From Candidatus Kerfeldbacteria bacterium CG15_BIG_FIL_POST_REV_8_21_14_020_45_12 (GTDB taxonomy: Bacteria > Patescibacteriota > Patescibacteriia > UBA9570 > XYC2-FULL-38-9), in the NCBI GenBank assembly GCA_002781785.1, contig PFGC01000037.1, positions 13,589 to 77,588 of the forward strand: DNA of 64,000 nucleotides, in the 5' to 3' direction. This document shows, piece by piece, positions 18,950 through 27,636 of this stretch (positions are counted from its first letter, which is position 1; each line of letters starts with the position of its first letter). A model generated the notes under the pieces. The model was given only the letters and a program-made list of their open reading frames with translations. It was not told the DNA's origin and ran no database searches. The translations under genes and the position numbers were made by a program.

Positions 18950-20341
18950 ATGAAAAGAACTTGGATAATCGAAACAACAGAGCAGGTCGGCGAGGAGGTA
19001 AAAGTCAGTGGCTGGGTGCATGTACGCCGAGATATGGGAAAGCTGATTTTCATTGAACTTCGTGATAAAACCGGCCTAATTCAGGTAGTATTTTTGCCGA
19101 ATTATGCTGAGTTATTGGCGCAGGCTAGTTCGTTACGATCTGAATTTGTTGTCTCAATTACTGGACGAGTGAACGCTCGCCCAGAAAAACAGGTGAAAGA
19201 TGATCACCCCACTGGCACAGTTGAGTTGGAGGCACTCTCAATGGAAATTCTAAGTGAGGCTGCCACCCCTCCATTTGAACTGACTGAAGATACCAGTAAG
19301 ATTGATGAGAATATTCGCTTGAAATATAGATATCTAGATATTCGAACACAGCGTCTTCAAAATAATTTAGAGATGCGCAGTAAGTTTGTGCAGAGTGCTC
19401 GAGAGTACCTGTTTGAAAATAGATTTACTGAGGTTGAAACACCGTTACTGACCAAATCAACACCAGAAGGTTCGCGAGATTTTCTAGTCCCGTCACGTCA
19501 TGCTAGAGGTTCGTTCTATGCACTGCCTCAATCTCCGCAGCAGTATAAACAGTTGCTAGTTGGTGGGGGAGTCGAGCGGTACTTTCAAATTGCCCGAGCT
19601 ATTCGTGATGAGGATCTAAGAGCTGACCGAGGTTATGAGCATAGTCAAATCGATATTGAGATGGCCTTTGTCGAACAGGAAGATATCCTGAGCACGGTTG
19701 AAGCCATGATGATTCAAACGGTTGAGGCGATGGGATTTACGATTAAGGAAAAACCATTTCCTCGTATTACCTATGCGGAGTCGATGGAGAAGTATGGAGC
19801 TGATAAGTTTGACTTACGTACGGAAGAAGATAAAGCTGCGGGTGTTCTCGCCTACGCTTGGGTGGTTGATTTTCCATTTTTTGAAAAGACGGAAAATGGT
19901 GGATGGACCTTTAGTCACAACCCATTCTCCATGCCTAAGCCTGAACATGTTGAGTGGTTGATGGAAGGAAAAAATATTGACCAGATTATTACTCAGCAGT
20001 ATGACTTGGTTTGCAATGGGTACGAGGCAGGAGGTGGTAGTATTCGAGCGCATAAGGCAGAGATCCTGAGAGCCACTTATAAAATTATGGGTTACTCAGA
20101 AGCAGAGACTGAGGAGAGCGTTGGTCACATGCTTGAAGCCTTCTCATATGGTTTTCCGCCCCATGGTGGCATCGCGCTTGGTATTGAACGCAACCTTATG
20201 AATCTGACGGGTGAAACCTTTCTTCGTGAAGTACAGGCTTTCCCAATGTCATCACAAGGTCGCACTGCGGTAATGGATGCTCCAGGGCAAGTGAGCCAAC
20301 AGCAGCTAGATGAACTTGGTTTGATCATTCAGAAAGACTAG
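18950..20341 (+). CDS. aspS: Aspartate--tRNA ligase, short form without GAD insertion domain
   Basis: RLKYRYLDIR, STPEGSRDFLVPSR, ALPQSPQ, RDEDLRADR, PPHGGIALG; only 463 aa. Confidence 0.95.
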   Translation: MKRTWIIETTEQVGEEVKVSGWVHVRRDMGKLIFIELRDKTGLIQVVFLPNYAELLAQASSLRSEFVVSITGRVNARPEKQVKDDHPTGTVELEALSMEILSEAATPPFELTEDTSKIDENIRLKYRYLDIRTQRLQNNLEMRSKFVQSAREYLFENRFTEVETPLLTKSTPEGSRDFLVPSRHARGSFYALPQSPQQYKQLLVGGGVERYFQIARAIRDEDLRADRGYEHSQIDIEMAFVEQEDILSTVEAMMIQTVEAMGFTIKEKPFPRITYAESMEKYGADKFDLRTEEDKAAGVLAYAWVVDFPFFEKTENGGWTFSHNPFSMPKPEHVEWLMEGKNIDQIITQQYDLVCNGYEAGGGSIRAHKAEILRATYKIMGYSEAETEESVGHMLEAFSYGFPPHGGIALGIERNLMNLTGETFLREVQAFPMSSQGRTAVMDAPGQVSQQQLDELGLIIQKD

Positions 20342-20667
20342 TGCGTCTATCCGCGCTTCAACAATATATTTTAAGTCAAACACTTGAAGAGGGTGGGCGT
20401 GTTGGACGCACCCTCTTTTTGGTTTTTTATGAAGGTGAGGAGAGAGACACAAAAGAGCAACTACGCGGAAAAATTATCACTCATAGCATAGAACGATTAA
20501 TCGACCGTGGTTATTTAATTGGACATGGTCACCGTACTCAGGAGAAGTGGTTTATTGATAAGGTTTCATTAACACCAGCAGGTACGAAAGAGGCGAGGCT
20601 CTTGATTGCTCAGCAGCAGACACTGCCTCTAAAGAAGCGATCGGCTAGAAAAAATGGTAATCAATAG
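20341..20667 (+). CDS. Hypothetical basic protein, possibly winged-helix
   Basis: ITHSIERLIDRGYL...VSLTPAG pattern; overlaps the aspS stop. Confidence 0.6.
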   Translation: MRLSALQQYILSQTLEEGGRVGRTLFLVFYEGEERDTKEQLRGKIITHSIERLIDRGYLIGHGHRTQEKWFIDKVSLTPAGTKEARLLIAQQQTLPLKKRSARKNGNQ

Positions 20668-20706
20668 ACGGCAGATGAAATATTCGGTATTCTTTCTCAC
20701 AGCTAT

Positions 20707-21405
20707 ATGAATAAAGAGTTTCAGTTAGAAAAATTCTCCGGACCCCTTGATTTGTTATTGCAACTGATTGAGCAAAAAGAACTGCAAATTACAGACATTG
20801 CCTTGGCTGATGTCACCGAGCAGTTTATTCAATATCTGGAAGAGGTCGAGGAGCGCTATCCGCATGAGTTGGCAGATTTTTTAACTATAGCCACGCGATT
20901 GTTGTTGTTAAAATCTCAGGCCCTCATGCCTTATCTTCAGGTTGATGAAGAGGAAGACTTGGGAGACTTAGAGGTTCAACTGAAGATGTACCGAAAGTAC
21001 GTGGATGCCATGAGGGGGATCGAGGACTTATTGGCTGCTGGTAAAGTACTTCATCCGCGCAAGGCTTTTAAGAGTCAGGAGGTTGTGTTTAGACCACCAG
21101 AGGGCGTTGGGCCAGATCAATTGAGAGAATACTTTGTTGATGTGCTGCAAAGTCTGGAGCCAATTGTTCGGATACCAAGATCCGCGGTAGAAAAGGTTGT
21201 TAGCTTGCGAGAGAAATTTACCCAAATTCATGATCTTTTGAAAAATAATGCTACCTTAGTTTTTGCCGAGCTGATGTCTGAAAATGCGGATCGGGCCGAA
21301 GTAGTTGTAACATTCTTGGCCCTGCTTGAATTGGTAAAACAGCAATCTATTTACGTTAGACAAGAAACGCCCTTGGCAGAAATTGTCATAGAGCGAGTTT
21401 CGTAA
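20707..21405 (+). CDS. scpA: Segregation and condensation protein A
   Basis: FSGPLDLLLQLI, LLLLKS.ALMP, VVVTFLALLELVK. Confidence 0.95.
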   Translation: MNKEFQLEKFSGPLDLLLQLIEQKELQITDIALADVTEQFIQYLEEVEERYPHELADFLTIATRLLLLKSQALMPYLQVDEEEDLGDLEVQLKMYRKYVDAMRGIEDLLAAGKVLHPRKAFKSQEVVFRPPEGVGPDQLREYFVDVLQSLEPIVRIPRSAVEKVVSLREKFTQIHDLLKNNATLVFAELMSENADRAEVVVTFLALLELVKQQSIYVRQETPLAEIVIERVS

Positions 21406-21487
21406 TTAATACAATTATAAATAGCTAAAGTTCGTATTTTTCATGAATGTTGATATACTTGATATTGTTAATTAGTTACTAAAGTAT

Positions 21488-22405
21488 ATGCCTACACAAA
21501 ATTTAGTGACCCGTTCAACGGTAGTTGGAGTAGTTAGTCTCTTAGGGGTTTTAGGATTTTTTTCTGTGGCTCAGGCTGAACCGGGAATTGATTCAAATCC
21601 AATCAGTTCATTAGTTGTTGAGCAGTCATCTGTAGTCACTACTGAGTCAGCAGATTATGACATTACAATAACCATTGATGAACCGATTGTCCCAGCTGAT
21701 TTTGAGGGGAATGAGGCAACTTCGACACCAGAATTAGTTTTTTTTGACGGGCTAGATGGTAGTGATGAGGCAAGGGGTAATTTGGATTTTTCAAATGCCA
21801 CCATTACTTTTGATGAGGATCATGGTGATTTGGTTTACGATACCAACATGGGAGTCGATGGCTTCACGGTGATATACAATACAGACACAACGTTGCCTGC
21901 TGCCGACTATTCTTTCCATCTTAGCGGTGTGACTAGTAGGTCAATTAATGCGGGCTTTGCTGGTCACTTTATCGGGGTGGCTATCTACGGTTTCTCAACG
22001 GCTACTGACTATTGCGGTGGACAGTATGATAGAGCTGATGGTGAATTCATGTGCACATTATCGGACGCGTTCGTGTTGCACAATGAAGATTGGGCACAGG
22101 ATTTTGGAACCTTATCAGTGGTTAAGGTAAAAAAGAGAAGCGCTACCGTTAAGTGGGAAGATGCTAATTATTGGTTGGGGGCAGATTCAATTAAAATTCA
22201 ATTAAAAACCAAGAAAGGTAAGAGGTTAAAAACCTACACTATTCCTCGATCTGATCTGTATGAAGGTGTTTCAACAAAGATTATTTCCAAGAAATTCTTG
22301 AGAAAAGGACGTCGATATAAGGTTAGGGCGCGAACTTTTTACGATACCGGTGATATGGGAGATTGGAGTGCGTATCGGTCATTTAAAACTAAAGGAAAGA
22401 AGTAA
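21488..22405 (+). CDS. Secreted protein: acidic N-domain plus very basic C-terminal FN3-like domain
   Basis: Signal peptide ending AQA; C-terminal ATVKW...YKVRAR...GDWS..RSFKT pattern. Confidence 0.75.
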   Translation: MPTQNLVTRSTVVGVVSLLGVLGFFSVAQAEPGIDSNPISSLVVEQSSVVTTESADYDITITIDEPIVPADFEGNEATSTPELVFFDGLDGSDEARGNLDFSNATITFDEDHGDLVYDTNMGVDGFTVIYNTDTTLPAADYSFHLSGVTSRSINAGFAGHFIGVAIYGFSTATDYCGGQYDRADGEFMCTLSDAFVLHNEDWAQDFGTLSVVKVKKRSATVKWEDANYWLGADSIKIQLKTKKGKRLKTYTIPRSDLYEGVSTKIISKKFLRKGRRYKVRARTFYDTGDMGDWSAYRSFKTKGKK

Positions 22406-22410
22406 TGTTA

Positions 22411-22443
22411 TAAATCAGCCCCTGAGGGGTCTGATTTTTTATT
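22411..22443 (+). terminator. Intrinsic terminator
   Basis: aaatcagcccc-tga-ggggtctgatttttt. Confidence 0.7.
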
Positions 22444-22512
22444 CTCTGACATATGACGCCTTATTGAGCTAGCCTTTGACCGGCTGAGTTTTGCACGGTA
22501 CAATGTTCCCGT

Positions 22513-23112
22513 ATGAATGAATTACAAGGAAAAATTGATTCGATTCTATTCTTGGAATCTCGCCCATTTACGTTGAAGAAATTGGCTTCAGTTACCGGGT
22601 CCACCGTAGCTGAGGTTGAGGAGGCGGTTCAGGCTTTGCAGACAGAGTATGAACAGCGCAGTGGGGGAGTGACGGTTGTGCGAGAGGGCAATGATGTGCA
22701 ATTGATGACAGCGGCTACTCATGCTGATTTTGTGGCAGAATATCTAGCGGAACAGGAGGCAGCTGAACTGACTAGACCATCTTTAGAGACACTCACCATC
22801 GTGGCTTATAGAGGCCCAGTCGCTAAGTCTGAAATCGAGTTGATACGTGGTGTAAATTGCAGCTTGATTTTACGTAATTTAATGATCAGAGGACTCGTTG
22901 AAGAGCTTGGCGAGACCGAGGCTGGATCGCCGATTTATCGGGTAACAGTGGATTTTTTAGCCTTGCTTGGTGTAAATAAAACAGCAGATTTACCCGATTA
23001 CACAGAGCTTAATACCAACGTTCACTTAGAGGAAATGTTAGCTGCGTCACCTGATAAAGATGATTTTTTCGCGGCTCGTGAGATTCCTGCAGCTCAGCAA
23101 CCTGACGCCTAA
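22513..23112 (+). CDS. scpB: Segregation and condensation protein B
   Basis: LETLTIVAYRGPVAKSEIELIRGVN; own promoter TTGACC-17-TACAAT (22476-22504). Confidence 0.95.
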   Translation: MNELQGKIDSILFLESRPFTLKKLASVTGSTVAEVEEAVQALQTEYEQRSGGVTVVREGNDVQLMTAATHADFVAEYLAEQEAAELTRPSLETLTIVAYRGPVAKSEIELIRGVNCSLILRNLMIRGLVEELGETEAGSPIYRVTVDFLALLGVNKTADLPDYTELNTNVHLEEMLAASPDKDDFFAAREIPAAQQPDA

Positions 23113-23115
23113 GCC

Positions 23116-23793
23116 ATGCGTGTAAATAGATGGCTGGCTCGAGCAGGGGTGACGTCACGTCGTGGAGCAGATGCGATGGTTACAGCTAAGCGAGTGACGG
23201 TCAACGGTCAAACGATCTCTGATTTTTCATTTCAGGTCTTGGATGGTGACGTGGTGACTCTGGATGGTGTTCCAGTTGAAGCCATCTCTGATACTGTGAT
23301 TATTGCATTGAATAAGCCAAGAGGTGTGACCACAACCTTATCTGATCCTTTTGCTAAACGGACGATAACGCAATATATACCAGCAGGGGCCAAGGGCTTG
23401 GTGCCAGTCGGTCGGCTCGACAAGGATTCAGAAGGCCTGCTGCTTATGACTAACGATGGCGAGTTGGTAAATAAACTGACTCATCCATCTTTTGAGCACG
23501 AAAAGGAATATATTGTTACTACTAATCGTAGTTTGTCTAATACAGAGCTTGAGAAATTAGCCAAAGGTGTGCGTCTGGCGGAAGGATTTACAGGTGGATC
23601 AGACGTGACTAGATTGTCGCGTAATTCTTTTTCTATCATTCTGACTCAAGGATGGAAGCGACAAATCCGTCGCATGGTAGAAACCGTTGGCGCTGAGGTT
23701 ACTAAACTGCAGAGGGTCCGAATAGGGAAGTTGTCGATTGATAATCTTGCGCCTGGGCGGACCAAGGTTGTTCAGGAGAATGATATTATATAG
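23116..23793 (+). CDS. rRNA pseudouridine synthase, RsuA/RluB family
   Basis: S4 domain, LNKPRG, VGRLDKDSEGLLL.TNDG, KRQIRRM; scpB-rluB synteny. Confidence 0.92.
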   Translation: MRVNRWLARAGVTSRRGADAMVTAKRVTVNGQTISDFSFQVLDGDVVTLDGVPVEAISDTVIIALNKPRGVTTTLSDPFAKRTITQYIPAGAKGLVPVGRLDKDSEGLLLMTNDGELVNKLTHPSFEHEKEYIVTTNRSLSNTELEKLAKGVRLAEGFTGGSDVTRLSRNSFSIILTQGWKRQIRRMVETVGAEVTKLQRVRIGKLSIDNLAPGRTKVVQENDII

Positions 23794-23795
23794 AT

Positions 23796-24782
23796 ATGTT
23801 GAAGTATTTTTTTACAACTGTATTCGTAATTTCTCAGCTGATGGGATTATCCATCCCTGAAGCTTTGCAAGAGACTGACTACGTTTATATTGTACCAACT
23901 GTTGCTAGTGGAATCGTTGAGCATGAGGGAGGGGACTTGCCAATTGATCGATTTCAGTGGCAGTTAGATGATAAAAAAGAAACTGAGGTTGCACCACCTG
24001 TTCCAAGAGGTGACCTGTATGGGCCGCCATTGGAGGTTACTACCGCCATAGTGGTTGATGTTGAAACTGGACAGGTGCTGTGGCAGAAAAATCCAGATAG
24101 AGTAGTACCTATTGCATCTATTACTAAGCTGATGACGGCGTTAGTCTGGTTTGATTATCAGCCGGCTGATGGCTTTAACCATGTGCATACCTTTGCTCCA
24201 GAAGAAGACACTCCGGCGGGTAAGGAATTAAATCTGCCTCACGGAGCTCAGCTAACAGCCTTTGATTTATTGCGCAGTAGTTTAATAGGATCAGATAATG
24301 ATACTGCTCTGGCTTTAGCGCACACTACTGAGATGAGCGACGATGATTTTATCTTGGCCATGAATCGCAAGGCATCCGCACTATCAATGGATCAGTCTAC
24401 TTTTGCGGATCAAACTGGCTTGAGTGATAAGAACACAGCCTCTGCTCACGACGTGGCCAGGCTGGCTATTGCAGCCTTTAATAATCCTGAAATTGAAGAA
24501 CCAGCAGGAATGACTGAACATCTACAAGAGACTGCAGATGAGGGTGTTTTTTCTAGAGTCCTCACGACAGATGAATTATTATATGATTCTGAGTTTAATG
24601 TGGTCGCTGGAAAAACAGGTTACACCGATGAGGCTGGTTACTGCTTGGTGGTAAAGGTAAAAGTTCCAAACAGTGAACGAGAAGTAGTGAGTGTCGTACT
24701 GGGAACACCTTCAAATGATGGTCGCTTTAATTCAACAAAAACTTTAATAGATTGGACCTTTACTCATTATGACTGGAATTAA
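23796..24782 (+). CDS. D-alanyl-D-alanine carboxypeptidase/endopeptidase (peptidase S11)
   Basis: ASITKLMT (SxxK), SDN, GKTGYT. Confidence 0.92.
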   Translation: MLKYFFTTVFVISQLMGLSIPEALQETDYVYIVPTVASGIVEHEGGDLPIDRFQWQLDDKKETEVAPPVPRGDLYGPPLEVTTAIVVDVETGQVLWQKNPDRVVPIASITKLMTALVWFDYQPADGFNHVHTFAPEEDTPAGKELNLPHGAQLTAFDLLRSSLIGSDNDTALALAHTTEMSDDDFILAMNRKASALSMDQSTFADQTGLSDKNTASAHDVARLAIAAFNNPEIEEPAGMTEHLQETADEGVFSRVLTTDELLYDSEFNVVAGKTGYTDEAGYCLVVKVKVPNSEREVVSVVLGTPSNDGRFNSTKTLIDWTFTHYDWN

Positions 24783-25260
24783 TTTTGTACAGTGGTTTGT
24801 TAATTTTCCACCAGAGCTAGCTACTGGGATTATTGCTATGCTGCCAATTGCAGAGTTGCGTGGTGCTATACCGGCTGGCTTGGTGATGGGTCTGAGTTGG
24901 CAACAAGCAGCCTTTTACGCTGTAATCGGAAATCTAATTCCAGTGGTAATTATTGTATATGTGATTGAACCGGTGTCTAATTTTTTACGCCAACGGGTAC
25001 CAATTTTTGATCGTTTTTTCACCTGGTTATTTGCGCGTACGCGCGAGAAATTTTATGAAAAGCACGCCAAGTGGGGTGACTTTGCGTTAGTAGTTTTTGT
25101 AGCTATTCCGTTGCCGGTAACAGGGGCTTGGACAGGAGCCTTGGCCTCTTGGCTCTTCGGAATTGCCCCAAAACGGGCTTTGCCGCTCATTTCAATCGGT
25201 GTTATACTAGCGGCCATAATCGTGACTGCACTGTCAGTTGGTGTGGTCTCACTGTTTTAA
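24769..25260 (+). CDS. Putative small multi-drug export family membrane protein
   Basis: AMLPIAELRGAIP, FVAIPLPVTGAWTG. Confidence 0.85.
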   Translation: MTGINFVQWFVNFPPELATGIIAMLPIAELRGAIPAGLVMGLSWQQAAFYAVIGNLIPVVIIVYVIEPVSNFLRQRVPIFDRFFTWLFARTREKFYEKHAKWGDFALVVFVAIPLPVTGAWTGALASWLFGIAPKRALPLISIGVILAAIIVTALSVGVVSLF

Positions 25261-25277
25261 ACCTAACTCTCAATTCC

Positions 25278-26300
25278 ATGGCAAAAACACGCATTGCAAT
25301 CAACGGATTCGGTCGAATTGGAAAAATGGCTTTCAAAATAGCGCTTGAAGAGCATGGAGATAATGTCGAGATTGTTGGAATTAATGACCTTGGTCCGGCT
25401 GAGCAGGCCGTCCAAGGCTTGAAGTACGATTCGGTTTACCCTTCATTTGATCATGATATTGACTTTGGAGATGACTTTATCAGTGTGGATGGAGTTAAGG
25501 TGCCAAAGTATGCTGAAATGGAGCCAGAGAAGTTACCTTGGAAGGATTTAAAGGTTGATGTTGTCCTTGAGTGCACTGGTGTCTTTACAAGTAAAGAAGG
25601 AGCTAGCAAGCATCTGACTGCTGGAGCTAAGACAGTAATTATTTCTGCTCCTGCTAAGGGTGATGATCCCGTGGGAACTTTTGTGATGGGTGTTAATCAT
25701 GATGAGCATGACGCCGCTAAGGATCCGGTATTGTCTAATGCTTCTTGCACTACAAATTGTATTGCGCCTGTGATGCAGGTATTGCACGATGAGTTTGGTG
25801 TTGAGAAGGCGATGATGTCAACCATTCATGGTTATACGGCTGATCAGCGATTAGTGGATGGTGTTCATAAAGATCCTCGTAGAGCTCGGGCCGCTGCGAT
25901 AAATACAATTCCTACTTCAACTGGTGCGGCTGTGGCTACTGCAGAAACCATTCCAGAACTAGTTGGTATTTTTGATGGCATGGCCTTTCGTGTGCCGGTG
26001 CCAGTTGGTTCGGTTAGCGATATTACTGCAGTTTTAAAAAAGGATGTGACGGTGGAGGAGGTTAACGCTGCTTTATCTAAGGCGGCAGATTCTGAGAGAT
26101 ACGCTGGAGTGCTTGGGGTAACGACTGATCCAATTGTATCTTCTGACATTATTGGAAATAAATTATCTTCCTTGGTTGATTTGCCACTGACGATGGTAGT
26201 GGGCGGCAATATGGTAAAAGTAGTGGCTTGGTATGACAATGAATATGGATATTCAAATAGACTTGTTGAACAAGCCGTTGAGGTTGGTAAAGATCTTTAA
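25278..26300 (+). CDS. gap: Glyceraldehyde-3-phosphate dehydrogenase type I
   Basis: INGFGRIG, SNASCTTNCIAP, AWYDNEYGYS. Confidence 0.98.
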   Translation: MAKTRIAINGFGRIGKMAFKIALEEHGDNVEIVGINDLGPAEQAVQGLKYDSVYPSFDHDIDFGDDFISVDGVKVPKYAEMEPEKLPWKDLKVDVVLECTGVFTSKEGASKHLTAGAKTVIISAPAKGDDPVGTFVMGVNHDEHDAAKDPVLSNASCTTNCIAPVMQVLHDEFGVEKAMMSTIHGYTADQRLVDGVHKDPRRARAAAINTIPTSTGAAVATAETIPELVGIFDGMAFRVPVPVGSVSDITAVLKKDVTVEEVNAALSKAADSERYAGVLGVTTDPIVSSDIIGNKLSSLVDLPLTMVVGGNMVKVVAWYDNEYGYSNRLVEQAVEVGKDL

Positions 26301-26318
26301 GATAGTTTGTTGATTTTT

Positions 26319-26346
26319 AAAAAGGTCCCCGGCGAGGGGCCTTTTT
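26319..26346. terminator. Bidirectional terminator after gap
   Basis: aaaaaggtcccc-ggcga-ggggccttttt. Confidence 0.75.
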
Positions 26347-26351
26347 GGTAA

Positions 26352-26510
26352 AAAATTGGAGCCGGTTGAGAAGCTCCTGTGCTAGTAGACGAACACACCG
26401 GTAAAGGTGAGCTGGCCTCCCATGCTGGCGCTGAGGCCCCATCAGGACAAGTCGCTTTGGGAAGTCTTATATCGTGCAAGTGCCCCCTTAAAGGCTGGGC
26501 CAGTGAATCT
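26352..26510. ncRNA. Unidentified structured, GC-elevated intergenic element; partly tRNA-Ala-like on the minus strand
   Basis: Several hairpins (ggagc/gctcc, ggcctc/gaggcc, ctggcc/ggccag); no credible ORF. Confidence 0.3.
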
Positions 26511-26605
26511 GTTTTGATTATCAATGCCAAGATTAAAATTGATATAGAAATACCATATTCTTGACATATTACACTGTCAGGCTAGAATAGATTGCACGAA
26601 AATTT

Positions 26606-26680
26606 GCCCGCATCGTCTAACGGCTAGGACGCCAGGTTCTCATCCTGGTAATCGGAGTTCGATTCTCCGTGCGGGTACCA
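26606..26680 (+). tRNA. tRNA-Glu(CTC), CCA encoded
   Basis: Acceptor GCCCGCA/TGCGGGT, anticodon arm CCAGG-TTCTCAT-CCTGG, T arm CGGAG-TTCGATT-CTCCG; TTGACA/TAGAAT promoter upstream and hairpin terminator downstream. Confidence 0.96.
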
Positions 26681-26743
26681 GAGCAGCATCACACTAGGTA
26701 AGTGTGATGTTTTTGTTTAAAGATTGCTGTTTTTGTGGATTAT

Positions 26744-26772
26744 TTGATCTTTTTTTTAGGTTTATTTATACT
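26744..26772 (+). promoter_or_regulatory. sigma70-type promoter of the Crp-like gene
   Basis: TTGATC-17-TATACT. Confidence 0.6.
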
Positions 26773-26818
26773 TCGGCCACCTCACTCTGTTTGTGGGGTA
26801 ATGCCGTTGAGGTGTTGT

Positions 26819-27490
26819 GTGACCTTACTTGATCTTATTCAAAAGTCGTACCCTGGCCTCTCGTTCGAAGATGCTCAGCTTCTGACGATCAGTGATCGAT
26901 GTGAAGCGGTGGCGAGGGGGCGCCGTGTTCCGGTGGTGGCCGATCACCTGGCCTACGTTCGCTCTGGCTTCGTCATGGAGTGCTACGGCGAACCCTGCGG
27001 ATCTGGTCAGTGGTCTCTCTTCCTGGGCACTCAGCTGTTCATGAATCCTGGGGCCTACTTCGGAACGTCTGATCCTGACATCGAGGCGTTGACCAGGACC
27101 AGGGTGCAGTACATCCCGCTCGAGGCGGTGAGGGCTGTGTGTCGACGGTCATCGTACCTGACCACGGTTTTGCAGGGCGGGATCATCGCTCAACGAGACC
27201 GTTTGGCCAGCTCGCTGGCCATGACCGGTCAGTCTGTGGAGGCACGCTTCACTCAGGTTCTGGCTGAAATGGTGATGACGATTGGACTGAGAGATGAGGA
27301 TGGAGTCTTCGTTCCCATCAAGATCAATCGGACTCAGCTGGCTCAGATGGTGGGCTGTAGAACAGAGACGGCCATCAGGGCTTGGAGGAGCTGCGCTGAT
27401 GGTGGTCAAATCATCGAGCGTCTGGAGGGATTCGTGATTCCTCATGACTCTTGCTTCATGGACCTGCTTGAGAAGAGAAGCGTCGCATAG
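26819..27490 (+). CDS. Divergent Crp/Fnr-family regulator (GC-rich unit)
   Basis: C-terminal Crp HTH INRTQLAQMVGCRTETAIR preceded by SVEARF; degenerate cNMP barrel; SD GAGGTG 4 nt before GTG 26819. Confidence 0.8.
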   Translation: MTLLDLIQKSYPGLSFEDAQLLTISDRCEAVARGRRVPVVADHLAYVRSGFVMECYGEPCGSGQWSLFLGTQLFMNPGAYFGTSDPDIEALTRTRVQYIPLEAVRAVCRRSSYLTTVLQGGIIAQRDRLASSLAMTGQSVEARFTQVLAEMVMTIGLRDEDGVFVPIKINRTQLAQMVGCRTETAIRAWRSCADGGQIIERLEGFVIPHDSCFMDLLEKRSVA

Positions 27491-27564
27491 CTCACAGAAC
27501 CCATTCTCTGAAGACACGGTCTCGTGTTGTGTTTTCAGAAAATTGATTCGGTGGGAAATACGTT

Positions 27565-27600
27565 GCCGTGCTCTGTAAGAGGGGTGCGGCTCTTTTTTTA
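27565..27600 (+). terminator. Terminator of the Crp-like unit
   Basis: G-U-rich stem gccgtgctc/ggggtgcggc followed by tcttttttta. Confidence 0.7.
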
Positions 27601-27636
27601 GGTACGTACTGAGCTCTTCTGCTATAATGATATTCT

